Below are positions 14,001-29,000 of a stretch of DNA of 64,000 bases, in pieces. The DNA is from Antedon mediterranea. Lineage: Eukaryota; Animalia; Echinodermata. The first letter of the stretch is position 1. The number at the start of each line of letters is the position of its first letter. The notes under the pieces are model-generated. The model was not told where the DNA came from, made no database searches, and was given only the letters and a program-made list of their open reading frames with translations. The DNA lies in assembly GCF_964355755.1 (NCBI RefSeq), contig NC_092674.1, positions 28,272,001 through 28,336,000 of the forward strand. Direction: 5' to 3'. Both the position numbers and the translations under genes were made by a program.

Positions 14001-17000
14001 TTCTGAAATGAAGAAAAAACAAAACATTGTAAATATAACAAGATTAGAAAATCTTAAGGCTGTGCAAACTTAGTTTTATTTATTTACTTCTTTTTTATAC
14101 AAGCCCGTAACCACAAGGGGTTTGAAGGTTTCAATGAAACTTTTTTTCTTAAAGTGTCCTTTTTAAACAAGAGAACAGCAGAAGTAAATCAGTAACTGAC
14201 TTACCTGTCTCACAGAATGTTCCAGAAAATCCAGAAACACAACGGCAGAAAAATGCATTAGCTCTGTCCTCACAAACACCACCATTTTGACAGACTACAT
14301 TCTGGGTGGTGCATTCATCGATATTGACATCACATACAGCGCCAAGGAAACCCGGAGGACATGTACAAGTGAAAGCACCATTCGTGTTTAAGCACGTTCC
14401 ATTATTCTGACAGGGGGAGTCGTCGCACTCATTTTTATCTTGCTCGCAGCGTGGTCCTGTGTACCCTGGTGTACAGTAGCACGAGAAGCTCTATTAAAAA
14501 AAGATTTAATAACAGCAATTTAAAAACTGTCATAATATTTAATTAAATAATTTAGGCATTCTTAAGCCCTTTCTACACTATCAAACTTTATGGGACAAAA
14601 AAATTGTAGATGGAGACAACGATGTCATATCACTACCATATTTGGGTACATCAAAATTGTTTGTGAAACTAGTTTACTAGTAGACAGAGCTTTACATTGT
14701 TAAGGGAAGAGGGACATCAATGTTGTGATAGGTATGCAAATGATATATTAGAGGCACTACTTTAGCAATAAAAATTGGTTATTTATCATCTGTGCATCAT
14801 AGTAAAATAAAATACTATATTTAATGTACTAATATACATTAGTTCCTCCAGTAAGTAACTTACGTTAACTTCATCAATACAAGTAGCTCCATTAGTACAA
14901 TTATGTGTAATGCAATCATTGATATTAACAGCACAGTTTGTTCCTGTAAAACCGGATGCACATTGGCACGTGAAGGAGTTGACAGCATCGATACAGCGTC
15001 CACCATTGAGACATGCACCTATGAAAACAAGAGGTTATTGACAATGGTCTACTGAATGGTTTCCATCATACACATATTCATATGCTACAAATCTAAGGTT
15101 TTTTCATTTCATTTCAATCTTTATTTCGTTAAAAAGTAAAATATGAGTAAAATAAACAGACAATTAAAAATTACTAATGAAAATGGAACTAAAAAAACTT
15201 TAAAATTTGTAATTTATTATTTTATTTATTTATTATTTCTTTATACTGGGTAGAATCTTCAGTCAAAGACTGTTCTCCCAAAGGGCCTAGTTCTGGTTCA
15301 GTGGCTATGTGTGACAGCGGCTGTGTGCGTACTAGTACACCGGGCTAACCCCCTAATTGTCTCGAAAGATGTACTATGTTCTTTAAAGTGCACCTGAGCT
15401 AGATGTGTACACTAGACCTACAGTTTATAGTCCTTATCCGAGAAAATTCATTCTACCACTAGAACCATGAAGAAATATTTATATAAAAGGTAAACTTAAT
15501 GGGGATTTTTTTTAAATCTTTGAAAACTATATAATGTCCTTGATTCCATACCTGGTCCACAATCATTGATGTTTATCTGACAATTAATCCCTACGAATCC
15601 TACCGCACACACGCAGTAGTATGTGTTTGTTCCATCTAGACAACTGCCACCATTCATGCAAGGATTACTGAGACACTCATTGACGTTGAGGTCGCAAGTA
15701 GAACCATAAATTCCGGGAGAGCACGAACACTGGAATCCATCAACCGTGTCGGAACAAGTAGCGTTGTTTTTACACGGAGATAACACCAAACAAATGTCAA
15801 TATCTGAAATTATTAATATAAAATATCGTAAAAATTACCTAACAAAAACCTTTTAAATACAACAGCACCTTTATTAAAGAGATAGCTTTGAATTGTCTCC
15901 TTAGTAGGGGTGTCCCTTAAGTATGGTTTTATCCATAGTGTTAAAATGTACATTTTCCTTTATTCATTTCAGAAGTAAGCGTCCCCTTAATAGGGGTGTC
16001 CCTGAATAGGGATATCACAAAGAAGAGATCTACGTATAAAAAAAAAAGTTTCAGTAACCTGAAAAAGCATGATGGTGTCGTATAATTTAACTATTCTACG
16101 GCCAAAACTCACCTGCGCATTCCGAAGATGATGCCGCACCTTTAGCAGAGGTTGTAAATCCTTGTTGACAAGAATCGCATGACCTCTGACCTTCGTTGGA
16201 TTGGTATTCACCAAGAGGGCAGAGTTCGCACGGTTCATAACCAGTTCGAGAGTAGTGTCCAGCTTGACAAGCAACTAAAATTAGAATAAATATTGTTTAC
16301 TCAATGATGGCATTATGGAAACTCGTCCTGTAAATGAGAGGTTGCTGGTTTAAATCTTAAATCAAGAAAGTCTTAAAACTTAAAACTTGGGCTGGTATCA
16401 ATCTTTCTGCTTACATCAATATAATTATGAAAAGTACAGTAAATAGTTCTCTAAATTTTAAGGAATGGACTTCCCCATCTAGGATTTAAGGAACAAATCC
16501 GGCAAAACAAGTTGCTTAGGCTAATTTTAAAAATGACATTAGCAAGATAAATTAACTTACAAAAGGTTAAGATGATTTTTTTTTCTGATAATCTGACCCC
16601 TGACATTTTGGACCAACAGAAAGTCAGGTTTAGGAGAGTTAATTGCAACATGTAATAGGGAGGTTTAGCAATCTTACGAATACGATAACGAAAACGTCAC
16701 GCACACGTATTCGTTTTTCGTTAGTCAGCAAAAATTTGTTTCACATGGCAACAAAATATTGAGGGCGCCGTCCAAAATATGACTGCGGTAAGTTTGAGCG
16801 AAGCGCATGTACGTGTTGCTTGGCTGCCTAGGCCTAGCGTAACATCAAAGCGAGTGAGGACTTTAAAAACTGCTATTTATCAAAATTGACCTGGCATTTT
16901 AGTAAATTACTTTAGTAAATTACTTTCAATAAAAGTATAATTATATTATAATCATGAATCATTCCTGATTCAAATGCAAAATGTGCAAAATAGATCAAAA

Positions 17001-20000
17001 ACTAAACTCGCTTTGTAGTTACGAATATGACTGGTGATATTCGTCAACACGAATACGCTTTACGAATATGAAATAGGGATCAGCTTAAAAGTTTCACAAA
17101 TGTGTGACTTATCCGTTTTCGTTATCGTATTCGTAAGGTTGCGAAACCTCCCTATTAACTGGAAGAAAATTGCTGAAATGCCTAACAAGTTTGAATGATA
17201 GTTGCTCACCTGTGCAGTCTAATGCAGACGTAGTTCCAACATTCCACGTTGTCAAACCATCTGGACATCCTGCACACATCGTAAATCTTGGATTTGGTTG
17301 GAAAAAGCCTTTCATGCAGGCAACACAGGGTTTTAACCCACTTGAAGACGACGTTCCTGGTTCACAAGGTTCTGGTAATCAACAACAGAAAAAAATAAAA
17401 AAATAAAATAGAGAAATGCGATTTTGATCGAGAAGTAAATGTAAAGTTTCAATGGCAATAGCTTTGATATCAATCAAGAAAACATCTTTTAGGTATTAGG
17501 AATTTAGGTAGAAGATTTAAAAAATGAGTGATTGCTGTTATTAAATAATAACACAATTGTTTTTTTAATGGAAATACAAATTTATGTTAAAAATAATTGA
17601 AACAATTATTATAAAAAAATTTAATTATAAATATTTTTTTTTTCTTTTCCAAAATCAATAAAAAAAAATTCAAAAAAATAAAGAGACTAATAAATTTAGT
17701 TACAATTAGAAACAAAGTTTTTTTTAAGTCGTAATATTGACAATACTGTTTCTCTTACCTCTGCATTCAGACAATTGTTTAGTTTTAGTTGTCAGTGTAT
17801 ATCTATTGTTTGGGCACACTTTGCATGTAGTCTGTGCTTCTATATCTTGATACATGTCAATTGGACAATCTTCGCAAATTTCAGATCCAACATCAAAAAA
17901 TGTTCCAACGGGACAGCTTACTGTAAAACAAATAGTCAAAAAGTAAAGAATTATATATCATACAAATATAAATAATATTTATTTTAGGCACATGTGGCCA
18001 ACGATTTAAGTCAGGTCTCGAACAGGCATGGTCCAACCACCCTCTAAAATTTGCGCCGTATTCGAGATTTGATGTCATTTTCAAGAGGGGCTTATAGGCA
18101 TGCCTAGCCTCGACTCCTTATCCAGAAAATGCTGAGCTCCGGAAATAAGTAAGTAAACAAGGATTACCAATAGTAAATTCATTTCTATCAGATACTGTAT
18201 GGGCTATTTGTGAACCAGTTCACTGGGGCAACTCCCTGCTCGTCTCTCTTAAAGTGCACATAATTGTGTACACTGGACCTACGGTTTATAGTCCTTATCC
18301 GAGAAGACTTGTTCCACCACCAGAACTAGGAGCGAGACGGCCAAAAACCCATGCCAATATTGTTGGATCCTCCTGGTGGTCCCTTTTATCTTTAAAAATA
18401 TGTTTTACTCCTTGTTTGTTTATGAGGTGAATAAAGAGAAATTAACAGCGCCTCTGCCTTAAACGCTCAGCTAAACTAGTTCGACATACAAAGTGTGATG
18501 TACGTGCCCAAATATGGTAGTGATATGACAACATTGTGTCCATATATGGGCAAATTTTGTTGTCACATGGGTAATGGTTGGTTATAAATAAATCAATTAA
18601 CACTAACCACAACTCAGATTCCTTAGAACCTGTCCAACATCGCAATCAATTGTAATCTCTGACATCACAATATCCTGACTGGTTTCTGGAGCCAGAATGT
18701 CACCATCCAGTGGGATTGATAGGTTACCTGTTGTCACTAACTTTTGTATTGTGTTCACATATTCTTGTAGGGCACCGGTGACATCTATTTCAGTTTCATC
18801 CGGCATGTTGCCCGACATCTTTTGTTGCTGTGGACAAAATAGTTCATCATTTACATACAGTACTGACTACATATCATATACCAAGCCCACACATTTTACA
18901 CGGGTGTGAAAAACGCGTGACTCGCGTGTAATTAGGTACTAACAATACTGTCCATATTCACTCATGCATTACTGCATTGAGTAATTCAACTGCAGCGAAC
19001 TGTATTTATAATTTGTTGATGTTTTGTTCATATATATTATTATCATCAAACAGACAATAACTGGAATTACAGTACAGGATAACAGCATTTTATTTAACAA
19101 AATATAGGCCTATTTGAAATAAAAAATCGATTTATTTATCATAGTGCAATCATGGAGGTAAAAACCTCCATGAATCATGATGCAATCTGTGATTGAAAAT
19201 ACTAGGCCTAGTTAGTAGGCCTACTACCGGGATCGGAGTACAGTACTACTATTCTAGGCTTTCAGGGTTTGTTTATATATATTTTTAAGTCATATTTATT
19301 AAGTATTTGAGAAAACTCATTAAAAAAAACAAGGTAGAAAAGACCCAACAATATCTTTCAAAACACGATCGTTGCTGGTGGCCGAATGACGTACTTTCTG
19401 TACGCACCACGTTGTAGAGTTCATCCATTGAGTACACACAGTAATTGCTAGGCCAGATAATAACATAAAGGTTTTACCATTCCCCGTCGGGGAGGAAAAC
19501 ATTTATATAGTATTACAACGCCAGTATTGACATGCATGTATTTAGCGCGGTAACTAATGTACACCCCTGTTACGGACTGGACCATTAATCGCTCCACGAA
19601 ACCACGTTGGAGCGATTCTCCTCCGCACACAGCCAGAGCGAGAGAGAAGCGAGGTCGAATAAATACAAGTTTTTACCATTTCCCGTCCAGGGGAAATCAG
19701 TTCTCTTATAATTACAGCCCCGATACCGTGCGCATATGTTTACGTTGATATTATTTAATTGCACACCTCATTTTGGACTGTACCATTTTCGGAACCTTGT
19801 TTTGTTTTCATTATAAACATGGGCTGATGTCAGACAAATATCTGCTTTAAACGTCAATTTAGCAACTTATTAAGTCGTTTCATAAGCAGAGAATGTATAA
19901 AGCAAGTATACAATGCAGACATGTTAGATAGAAATATACTAAAAGACATGTAATAAACGTGTTAGAAGAACGTAATAATTGTACTTTCTACACCGAGCGG

Positions 20001-23000
20001 CGGAAAACCCATTCACAGTCACAGTTATTTGAGCGAATACTGTACTTGGCCTAAAACACTAGCGCTGTATTTTAATTTAAATATTTGGCTTACGGTTACG
20101 AAAATACAGGGAAACATCATTTTATAATTTTACTATTATTAGGCTATTTATTGACCTATTAAAGATCGCTAAATATGTTTTTTTTTGTGGGGGGCTTAGG
20201 TACAGTAGCTCTCTATTCTAGCCTCCCTGTTGTACACTTCTCACTGTACGCCTCACATTATATAAAATAATACGACGTGAACTCTAAACAAAACCCCGAT
20301 GAAAAACAATTTACATGAATTCTATAAACCTTCTTATTTATTGTTTGCCTAAACAATAGAGAAAAAATAAACTTTGTTACATACAGTAACGGGCGGGTTC
20401 AGATTACCTAAATATGATGGTAGAGGCCTAAACAATAGAAACAAAACAAACTGATACCCACGTGTGTGTTGTCACGGGCGTCGTACCGGGAGTTCCATAT
20501 TTTACCAGTAAAAAGCTACAAAGTGATGACGTCATGGTCCACACGGCAAATACAGGCACGCGGCAATTACACATATTTTACACGCGCGACAAACGCGGGT
20601 TATGGTACATGATTTGTAGTCAGTACTGTAAATAGTATTAAACGTTTTAAACCAATTCACCACTAAAGTGTATGATGGGCTACCCTTAAAGTGAAATCTT
20701 AAATTGACTTAAGTGAAAAAAAATAATGCATCCCGGCAAAGTTATAGCTACAATTACCTTTATACCGTATGTAAACATCAACAACAAACTAAATTACGAT
20801 AAAAAAAAAACAACATTTCAAGTTTTACCTGGGCTGCACTGCCACTGACCGTTGCCGTGGCATTGACGGTAATCACGTACTGGACAACTTGACGCCTTCT
20901 TCGTTTTGATGACCCGACAGCGCCAGCACTGTCAGCTCCACAGTACACATTCACGTTTTCCACTTTACACGTGTCGGGATCGTTACAGAGACCAGGAAAG
21001 ATTGCATTCAAATCTTGAAACTGACTGATCAAGTTATTTTGGATTTCTAGTTTTCCTTCTGGTGATGCGCAATGGTCAGCATAGTACTGGACACTCAGAT
21101 CAACATTAGCATTTGATGGAACCATTACTATTTAAAAAATTAATAAAAGTAAATTAGCCTGCTTGAAAAAATGAGAAATATTCATTGTAGAGTGGGGTTT
21201 TTTTTTTTTACTTTTCCTGTGATTTGACAAAAATAATATAAAAATAATAATTTAAAATACAGAAATACATTAGGTCTATTTAGAAGCATTCAATTTACCA
21301 CTGCTTAGGATCTAGTTAATGTAAATTAATTGTGTGCATATGAGGGTATTTGGCTATGTGGGGATTCTAGGCCACATCATAACTGACGACGCAATATACG
21401 TCGCAAAGCAAAAGCTCCTTATTTTAATGGTAGTAATCTTTTATATATTATATTTATATAATATTTTTTTTTAATTTATAATATATTTCATACATAATTT
21501 AACTTTACAAACATTATTAAGAATAAATTAAATAAAAAATAAAATTAAATAAATTAAACCTACCAGAACAATCTGGCCATGGAATTACAAACTCCATTGT
21601 GGAATCTCTTGTAAATGATGGAAACAAAACCCATGCTGGCGTAGCACCAGTGGTAGAGCAGTAGTACAATTCCTCTGGCGTGCGTGAAAAGTCAAAATCC
21701 TTCTGACAGGAAGCGGTGCAGAATTGACCTCCAAGCCAAGTCTCACAAGCGAGAGCTCCATTCAGAGGAGAGGGATGGAATGGGCATGAATATTCTACAA
21801 AAAATGGTCATTTAATAACTATTAACAGTTCATAAATATAATTACTGTAATTTTTTTAATTATACTTTTAATGAAATATATTTGTACTATTTTTCATATT
21901 TTTATATTGGAAAAAATAAATTAAAATTTTGAATCTGTAACAGTATGAATAGACGAATACGAATAGAACTTTATTGCAATCAAACGAAAGATTGAAGTTT
22001 AACAAAAGCGTTTCACTCAGAAAAATAAAATGCAATATAAAAATATAAAAGACATTTAGAAAGGTAGAACATACAATCAAAATATTAAAACCAAATTACA
22101 ATTAAATATCACTTATTATAAAAACAATAAATATATATTCAAAATGTTAAAAACAAGTTTAACTGAAAACATCAGAATATTGATATAGGCCAGCATTATA
22201 AAAATGTAAAAGTTTAAAAAATTTTTAAAAATTTAAAAAATGTTAAAAACTTCACAAATTTTCAAAAATATTTACACACAATGGTACGGAAGGTCGCGAA
22301 AACATAACACTAAATGTTTACCATTTTTGGAATAGTCCGTGATTAATAATGAAACGTTTTTGAACGGTTAGTTTTAACTCTGGGATACAGAACTCACGGA
22401 GTCTCTCTAAGATTATAAGCAGTAGAAGGAGCCTCCGGTAACAAATGATTCAATCTGTGACTGGGGTCTTTGATTTTAACGAAAAAATCCTTGCATAGTC
22501 GAACACGGCGGTCTTCTAAGGTAGAAAAACCAAGGAAGCTGCGGGCATCGGAATAAGTAGCATGCAGAAAAATACATTTAAAGGCCCTTCTCTGAATTTG
22601 TTCAAGTTGTTGACTCTGTTGCTTCGTAATATTTGATCCTCAAACTGGGGCCGCATATTCTAATATTGGTCTAATGATACTAGTATAAAATTGGACAAGT
22701 GCGGGGGCATCCAGGCCTGCCCTCCGCACCTGTTTGAGAAAGTACATTCTAGAATTACATTTACTAATCATTTTGTCAATATGAGGTTGCCATGACAAAT
22801 TATGAGAAATAATTACACCAAGGAGTTTAAATTCGTCAACACGTTCCAGATTACAATCTCCAACATGAAGTGGCTCAAAAGCAGTCTTTGACCATTTACA
22901 ACTAATTCTCATCTCTTTCGTTTTCTTAATATTAAGGGACATATTGTTATCCTTAGCCCACTGGACAGTTTCGTCAAGAGTGGTTTGGAGTACAGTTGCC

Positions 23001-26000
23001 CCATCTTTGCCGACGCGTTCATGGATGGAGGTGTCGTCCATGTATTTCATGCACGGCACCCCATCCAGAAGATCGTCGACAAAGATGATAAACAACATGG
23101 GCCCCAACCAGGATCCCTGTGGGATACCGCCCTTAACGACTGTCCAAGGGGACAATTCATCGCCTAGTTTAACACGTTGTTTTCTATCACATAGAAAAGC
23201 ATAGATCCAAGAGATTAGATGGTCTTTGACCCCTAAATTATAGAATGTGATGTGATGTGATGTGATGTGTCCATATATGGACATGATGTCATATCACTAC
23301 CATATTTGGGCACACAAACTACTTTGATAGTGTAGACAGAGCTTTAAGCTTTATCTACACTATCAAACTTTATGTGACAAAAAATGTGTGGACATGATGA
23401 TGTCATATCTCTACCATATTTGGGCACATCACACTAGTTTGATAGTGTAGACAGACGCCCATATTCTTAAACCGGACTTTAGTTGTAGTTCGAAGTTCGA
23501 CTTGAAAAAGTTGTAGTTCGAACTATTACTTCAAATTCGATTAAAAAACAAAGTAGTCAAAGTTTGCAGTTCGACTTAATGAAGTCGAGCTTTTAGTCGA
23601 GTTGCACACGTCTGGGTAACAAAGGCTATAAATTGGCCAATGACAAGAGAGTATTTGAGGAGCAGACAAAATTTTGCGCATTGATATCACTTTCCATTTT
23701 CTTACAACACTTTTTACGCATCAGGACTATATACATGAAAAGCAATTTTAATCGTTAATTATTAGAACAAGATCAGTATTAATTTAACAATGAGGTACTT
23801 TTGATTAACAACAAACAAAATATTCAAAATATATTCAGGAACCATGGCGGTACGGTAACTTTTATATTTTCTAGGCCCCCAAACAAAGTATGATCGCGAC
23901 GAACCACGCACTTCATAGCGTGACAAGAAAGCGCTAGGCCCCCTAAACATTCCATCGCGTGGTGAATTTCCGCATCTGCCATTGTCGCTATGGCGTGACG
24001 TAGTTCAAGTTGGACTTGCGCGAAGAAAATAATGTAATTTGTATACGGTTGTAAATAAAGATTATTTTCATTATTATAACTTATACCAATGTATACTTAA
24101 TTTTAAACTAATATAAAAATAGATATTTCATTCTTCAATATCTGGCCAATATAACAACTCAATGACTGTTACATTTTTTCATAAACATCGTTTAAAAACC
24201 ATTTAGTCAACCATTTAGCCTGCCCCCTCTAGGACTAAAAAAATCGATCAAAATTCGTCTTGATTTAGTCGAGGTTGGCCTGAATTAGTCGGCGATTTAG
24301 TTGAAGTTCGGTTTATGAATTAAAATGACGTCATTTTTAAAGTTTTAGCTCCAATTACGACTAAAGTCTGGTTTAAGAATACGGGCGAGAGTTTTACAGT
24401 AGTTAAAAATGTTTACTTACGTCTAACTTGTACAAAGAAAGTACAGACTTCTAAGTTGCCAGCCTCATCTCTGCCCTCAATGCGTATTTCTTGTTTCTCT
24501 CCCCAGTAGAACTCGCTACCTGACTGCCTAAGGTGAGTGAGTATAACATCTTTGTTGGAATTATCAATAAACACTGGGTCTTCCCAGAATACATTTGTTT
24601 TAATTTCATTACTGCTTTCGGTTATATCTTCGGGACAGGATACTAAGGTTGGTTTTTCCACATCTGGACAAAAAAAGACAATAGAAATAGAATGAAGTAT
24701 TTTATGACTGTGAAACTGCAAAATTGATATAATGGCACTTACAACATACATTACAATACAGATCCCCGATAGGATTTTTTACCTATATGTATATTATATG
24801 ATTTTATATTTCTGTCTATACCAAACCCTTTCTATTTCCTTAAATAATAAAACTGAATTATTTACATGGCTGCAGTTTATCAATTGTAAAAAACACATTA
24901 ATTTAAAACCAAGCTTGCCACAAAAGAAATGCCAATTCTTCGGTCTTCGTACTAAATTCTTAAATTGTAAAAGGGTTAAATACTAACCTTTGACCGTTAC
25001 TATAAAAGTACAAGGCTGCGACTCCAAGTTGTTGCCGTCCGTTGCGGTGTATCGAACGGTCGTTTCACCGATTTCAAACGCATCCCCGGGATTGTGACTT
25101 GTGGTGATGACAGGTTGAAGACCGGAGTTATCAGTTGCTAATGGGGGTACCCACATTACCACTGCTGAGCTTAAGCCAGGGTCATTGCCCTGATCTATTT
25201 TGTCTGGACAGTTTGTCAGCTCTGGAGCAGTGGCATCTATTGAGAAAGAGAGAAACAAATCTTTGTTTTATCTTGGAGAGTTGAATGAGTGAAGAAAACA
25301 GTTGTCTAAGGTTAAGGACCATATTGATGGCAATGTTGTTATTTCTTTTAATGATCACTTAACTTACCTTCACATTGTGGTGGCTGATCCTGTCCAGACC
25401 ACGATTCATCAGCCCGACAGATAGTATTGTCAATGCCATTCAGGGTATATCCTGCTCGGCATCGATAGGTGCAAATAAACTGGTATTTCTGTGGTGAACT
25501 CTGACATTCTGCAGGACTTACTTCCACATTAGCAATTACAGGAAGAGGTTGGCATTCCCTTGCTGTAAAGATAAAATTGATAATAATAATATTTTTTTTT
25601 TCTATTTTTCTCCTTTACCATGCCACCTAGATTGTTTTAGATCTAATTTAGTAGGACAGGAGGCGCCGGAGTCCGGGATGACAGAGACTGGTGCTGACCG
25701 GGGTACAATTAGACCGATCTCTGGTTAGCGATGAAGGCGCATCCCTTTACTTCGGTTTGGCTTTTTTTTTGTAATGGTTGGAATTCCCTTTTTTCGTATT
25801 AGTTTATGTACAGCACTTAGAGGTTTCACAACATAGGCGCTTTATAAATCAAGGATATTATTATTATTATTATGTACAGTTTTCAAAAAGGATTTGAGAC
25901 TACATAAAAAGATCTTGAAATGTGCGATAATGGGAAAGAGTTAAGTTGTGATGTTAAGCTGTTGATTTTATGTACACGAAGAGAACATCTGCATAAAAAA

Positions 26001-29000
26001 TAAGGGATAATTGATTTGTTGATTATGGGAAGTGTTTAATAATAATAGTCGGTGCTTTTGCATGAAGTAACCGTCCATGACTATGATCATATAATTGCTA
26101 ATAGATACTGGCACACAGCAAAAATAAATTGTGTTTATTATTATTGTTCTTATTACTGGTTTAACATTAGGCTGTACAGTCATACATGATATAACATTGT
26201 ATGTTGTATATTCTCAAATGCTTGAAAATCTTGGAAGGCAACGCACCTACACACTGTGGTTCAACCCCTGACCATGTTCCAGTGTTATCTTGTGTTTGAG
26301 TACACGTTCGTGTACTATCGCCCTCATTTAGTTCATATCCTTCGCTGCAGACCGTTTGACAGGTTGTGCCAATCTCAAGATCTGTTGATGAGCAGTCACG
26401 CACTCCATTTGCAGGAATGGGTAGGGCGTCACATGTTATTTCTGTCAAAAACAGGGTGTTAAAGAAAATGTTTTAAATAGTTTCAAAGAGTAAATGAGGA
26501 AATATTCTACAAAGAAGTTGGAACCATTTCCAGTTTATAAAGATCATTGCATGAAATCTTGTTTGCGGTCGTAATTTCGACAATTTGTAAAACTCAATTT
26601 AACTCACTGGTACATTGCAAGGGGTTGGCGGACCAAAGGCCGTCTATGAGGCATGTAACTTCTGTAGCTGTTCCAGTAGTTTGTCTATATCCTTCTTGAC
26701 AAAGAAATGAGCATTTTGTATCAAGAACGTTATCGCAGTCTGGTGGGAAAAGATCTACTCCTGTGCGGCTCACAAGTTTTTCACATCTGATTGCTGGAGA
26801 GAGAAAAAATAATATATTTATTGGTTATCCGCACTTGGCGGATAACCCCTTGTTATTGTCAGGATCTTTTTTTTTTTTTTTTTTTTTTTTGGTTATCCGC
26901 AACTTTAAGTTGCGGATAACCCTTGTGATTGTAAATATCTTTTTTTTCATCTTCTTTGTTATTAGTTATCCGCTTAGTAGCGGATAACTCCTTGTAATCG
27001 TCCTGTTTCATCATCTTTTTTTTTTTTGGTTATCCGCAACTTTAAGTTGCGGATAACCCTTGTGATTGTAAATATCTTTTTTTTCATCTTCTTCTTTGTT
27101 ATTCTTCTTTCTTTCCCGGATTTTTGTGCGTCGCATATCTCTCATCCTTGTCAACATAAGATTGTATAACTTTGTCAAAAGATGGACCTGTAGCTGTAGA
27201 TGTGCAAGAAACTTCGTTATATGACGTTAGAGTTGCGCAGCGTAAGTTACGCGTGATTTTATGAATTTCAATGATTGGTCATAGATTATAAACCAAAAGT
27301 AATTTTATATTGAAACTTGGTGAAAATTTAAGTTAAATTAAGGGCAAACTTTCTATGGATTAAAAATGACATGTTTCACAAGAAGTTACGCGCGCACGCG
27401 CATTTAAAAATTAAAAATGCGCAAAATTAATTTCTAATCAACTTTCTATGCTGATCATGACATTTTGACCATGTCAAAAATTCCCACGCGCGCGAAAAAA
27501 ATTACGCGTAAAGTGCGCACGGAGCATGAAAATCATGTGTTTTTCTCTTGAATTATAATTTTACAGTCTTTCCTAGTTATTTTAAAAAAGATTGACATCA
27601 TTTCAAATTAAAATGACGTCATACGAACACGTTGATTTACACCATTTGCGTGCGTTTTAGTTGCAAAAGTGACAACATATTGTCAAAATTGAGCCTATTT
27701 TTAATCTATTATAGCTCCTCAGGATCATCCACGACCCCCAATTTTTTTAATTTAATATGTAAGCAGATATGTTGTAGATATGAATTCATGCCGAACCTTT
27801 ACCACTCGAATGTTATGACGTCATCGTATGGCCACACGAATGTAAAATATAGGATTTTTTACTCTTTCGTTATTGCTCATCACATTCAACAAACCGCATC
27901 TCGCTTATACGTATTCCATTTCCCCCGAAATGGTAATATTGTCTACGTCAATCAACTATCTTTCGCATGAATTAAAAATATTTTAATTTTTATGACGTCA
28001 TCATGCCTAAAAACGTAAATAACTTGGGTCACTTATTTTTATCTTTACAGTAAATATCAATCTGTTATAGCTCGTCAGATTAAAAAGTGATAATCATGAT
28101 TAAAACGTTTTCTGGAAGCTATTGGATTGTAGATATGAATTGATGTGAATATTTTGCCAATCAGATGTTGTGACGTCATCATATGGCCAGTTGAATTAAA
28201 AAAGTCATATTTTCATCTCTTGCGTCAAAGTTCATTGCGTTTAAACGAGAGCGCATCTCACTTTTACGTTCCCAAATTTCTTCAAATTTTTTTTAATGTA
28301 ATTATTTAGATAATTATCTTCGAAAGTGGTTATCTTTATATGTCAATTTGATGATGTCATCGTGTTAATAATTGGATTTAAAAGATGGGTCTCGTAATTC
28401 CGTCTATGCTACACTGTATATAACATATATACAGTTTATTCTGTAAAATACTGTAATATGGTGTATGTTACATAATAGGTACAATTCAGCACTGTAAACA
28501 TTTTTATTTCATGTCAAAGGATGGCATAATAATTGTCGAGGTTCATATAGTTTAAAGTACGTGCATGTTGCGTATGCGCGGATAACCCGAACTCGTCAAA
28601 GTGACGAGTTCAAATCTAGTTTTTTTCTGTATTATACTTCTTTCCTTCTGTCATTTTTGTGCGTCGCGTTTCTCTAAAACGTGTAAACAGAACATATCGT
28701 AACTTTGTCAACATATCGACATTTACGTGAACTTGTGCACCTCCTATTTTTGAATGACGTCAGAGTTGCGCAACGTGACTTACGCGCGATTTTATGAATT
28801 TCAATGATTGATCATAGACTAAAAACGAAACATAATTTTGTTTTGACACTTTGTGAAAATTTAAGTCACATCAAGCGCAAACTTCCTATGGATTAAAAAT
28901 AGCATGTTTCACAAAAAGTTACGCACGCACGCGCGTTTAAAATTTTAGAGTGCGAAAAATCAACTTCTAATCAACTTTCTATGCGTTTCATGTCATTTTG

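Noticed and set aside
18856-20630. Transposase or captured gene inside the 1.8-kb TIR element
   Set aside because: Only ~60-aa ORFs are present, with no DDE/D or other recognisable motif.
22640-23284. Intact or domesticated reverse transcriptase gene
   Set aside because: 5'-truncated with a premature stop; the apparent N-terminus ([13 protein letters not shown]) is read from the adjacent MITE.
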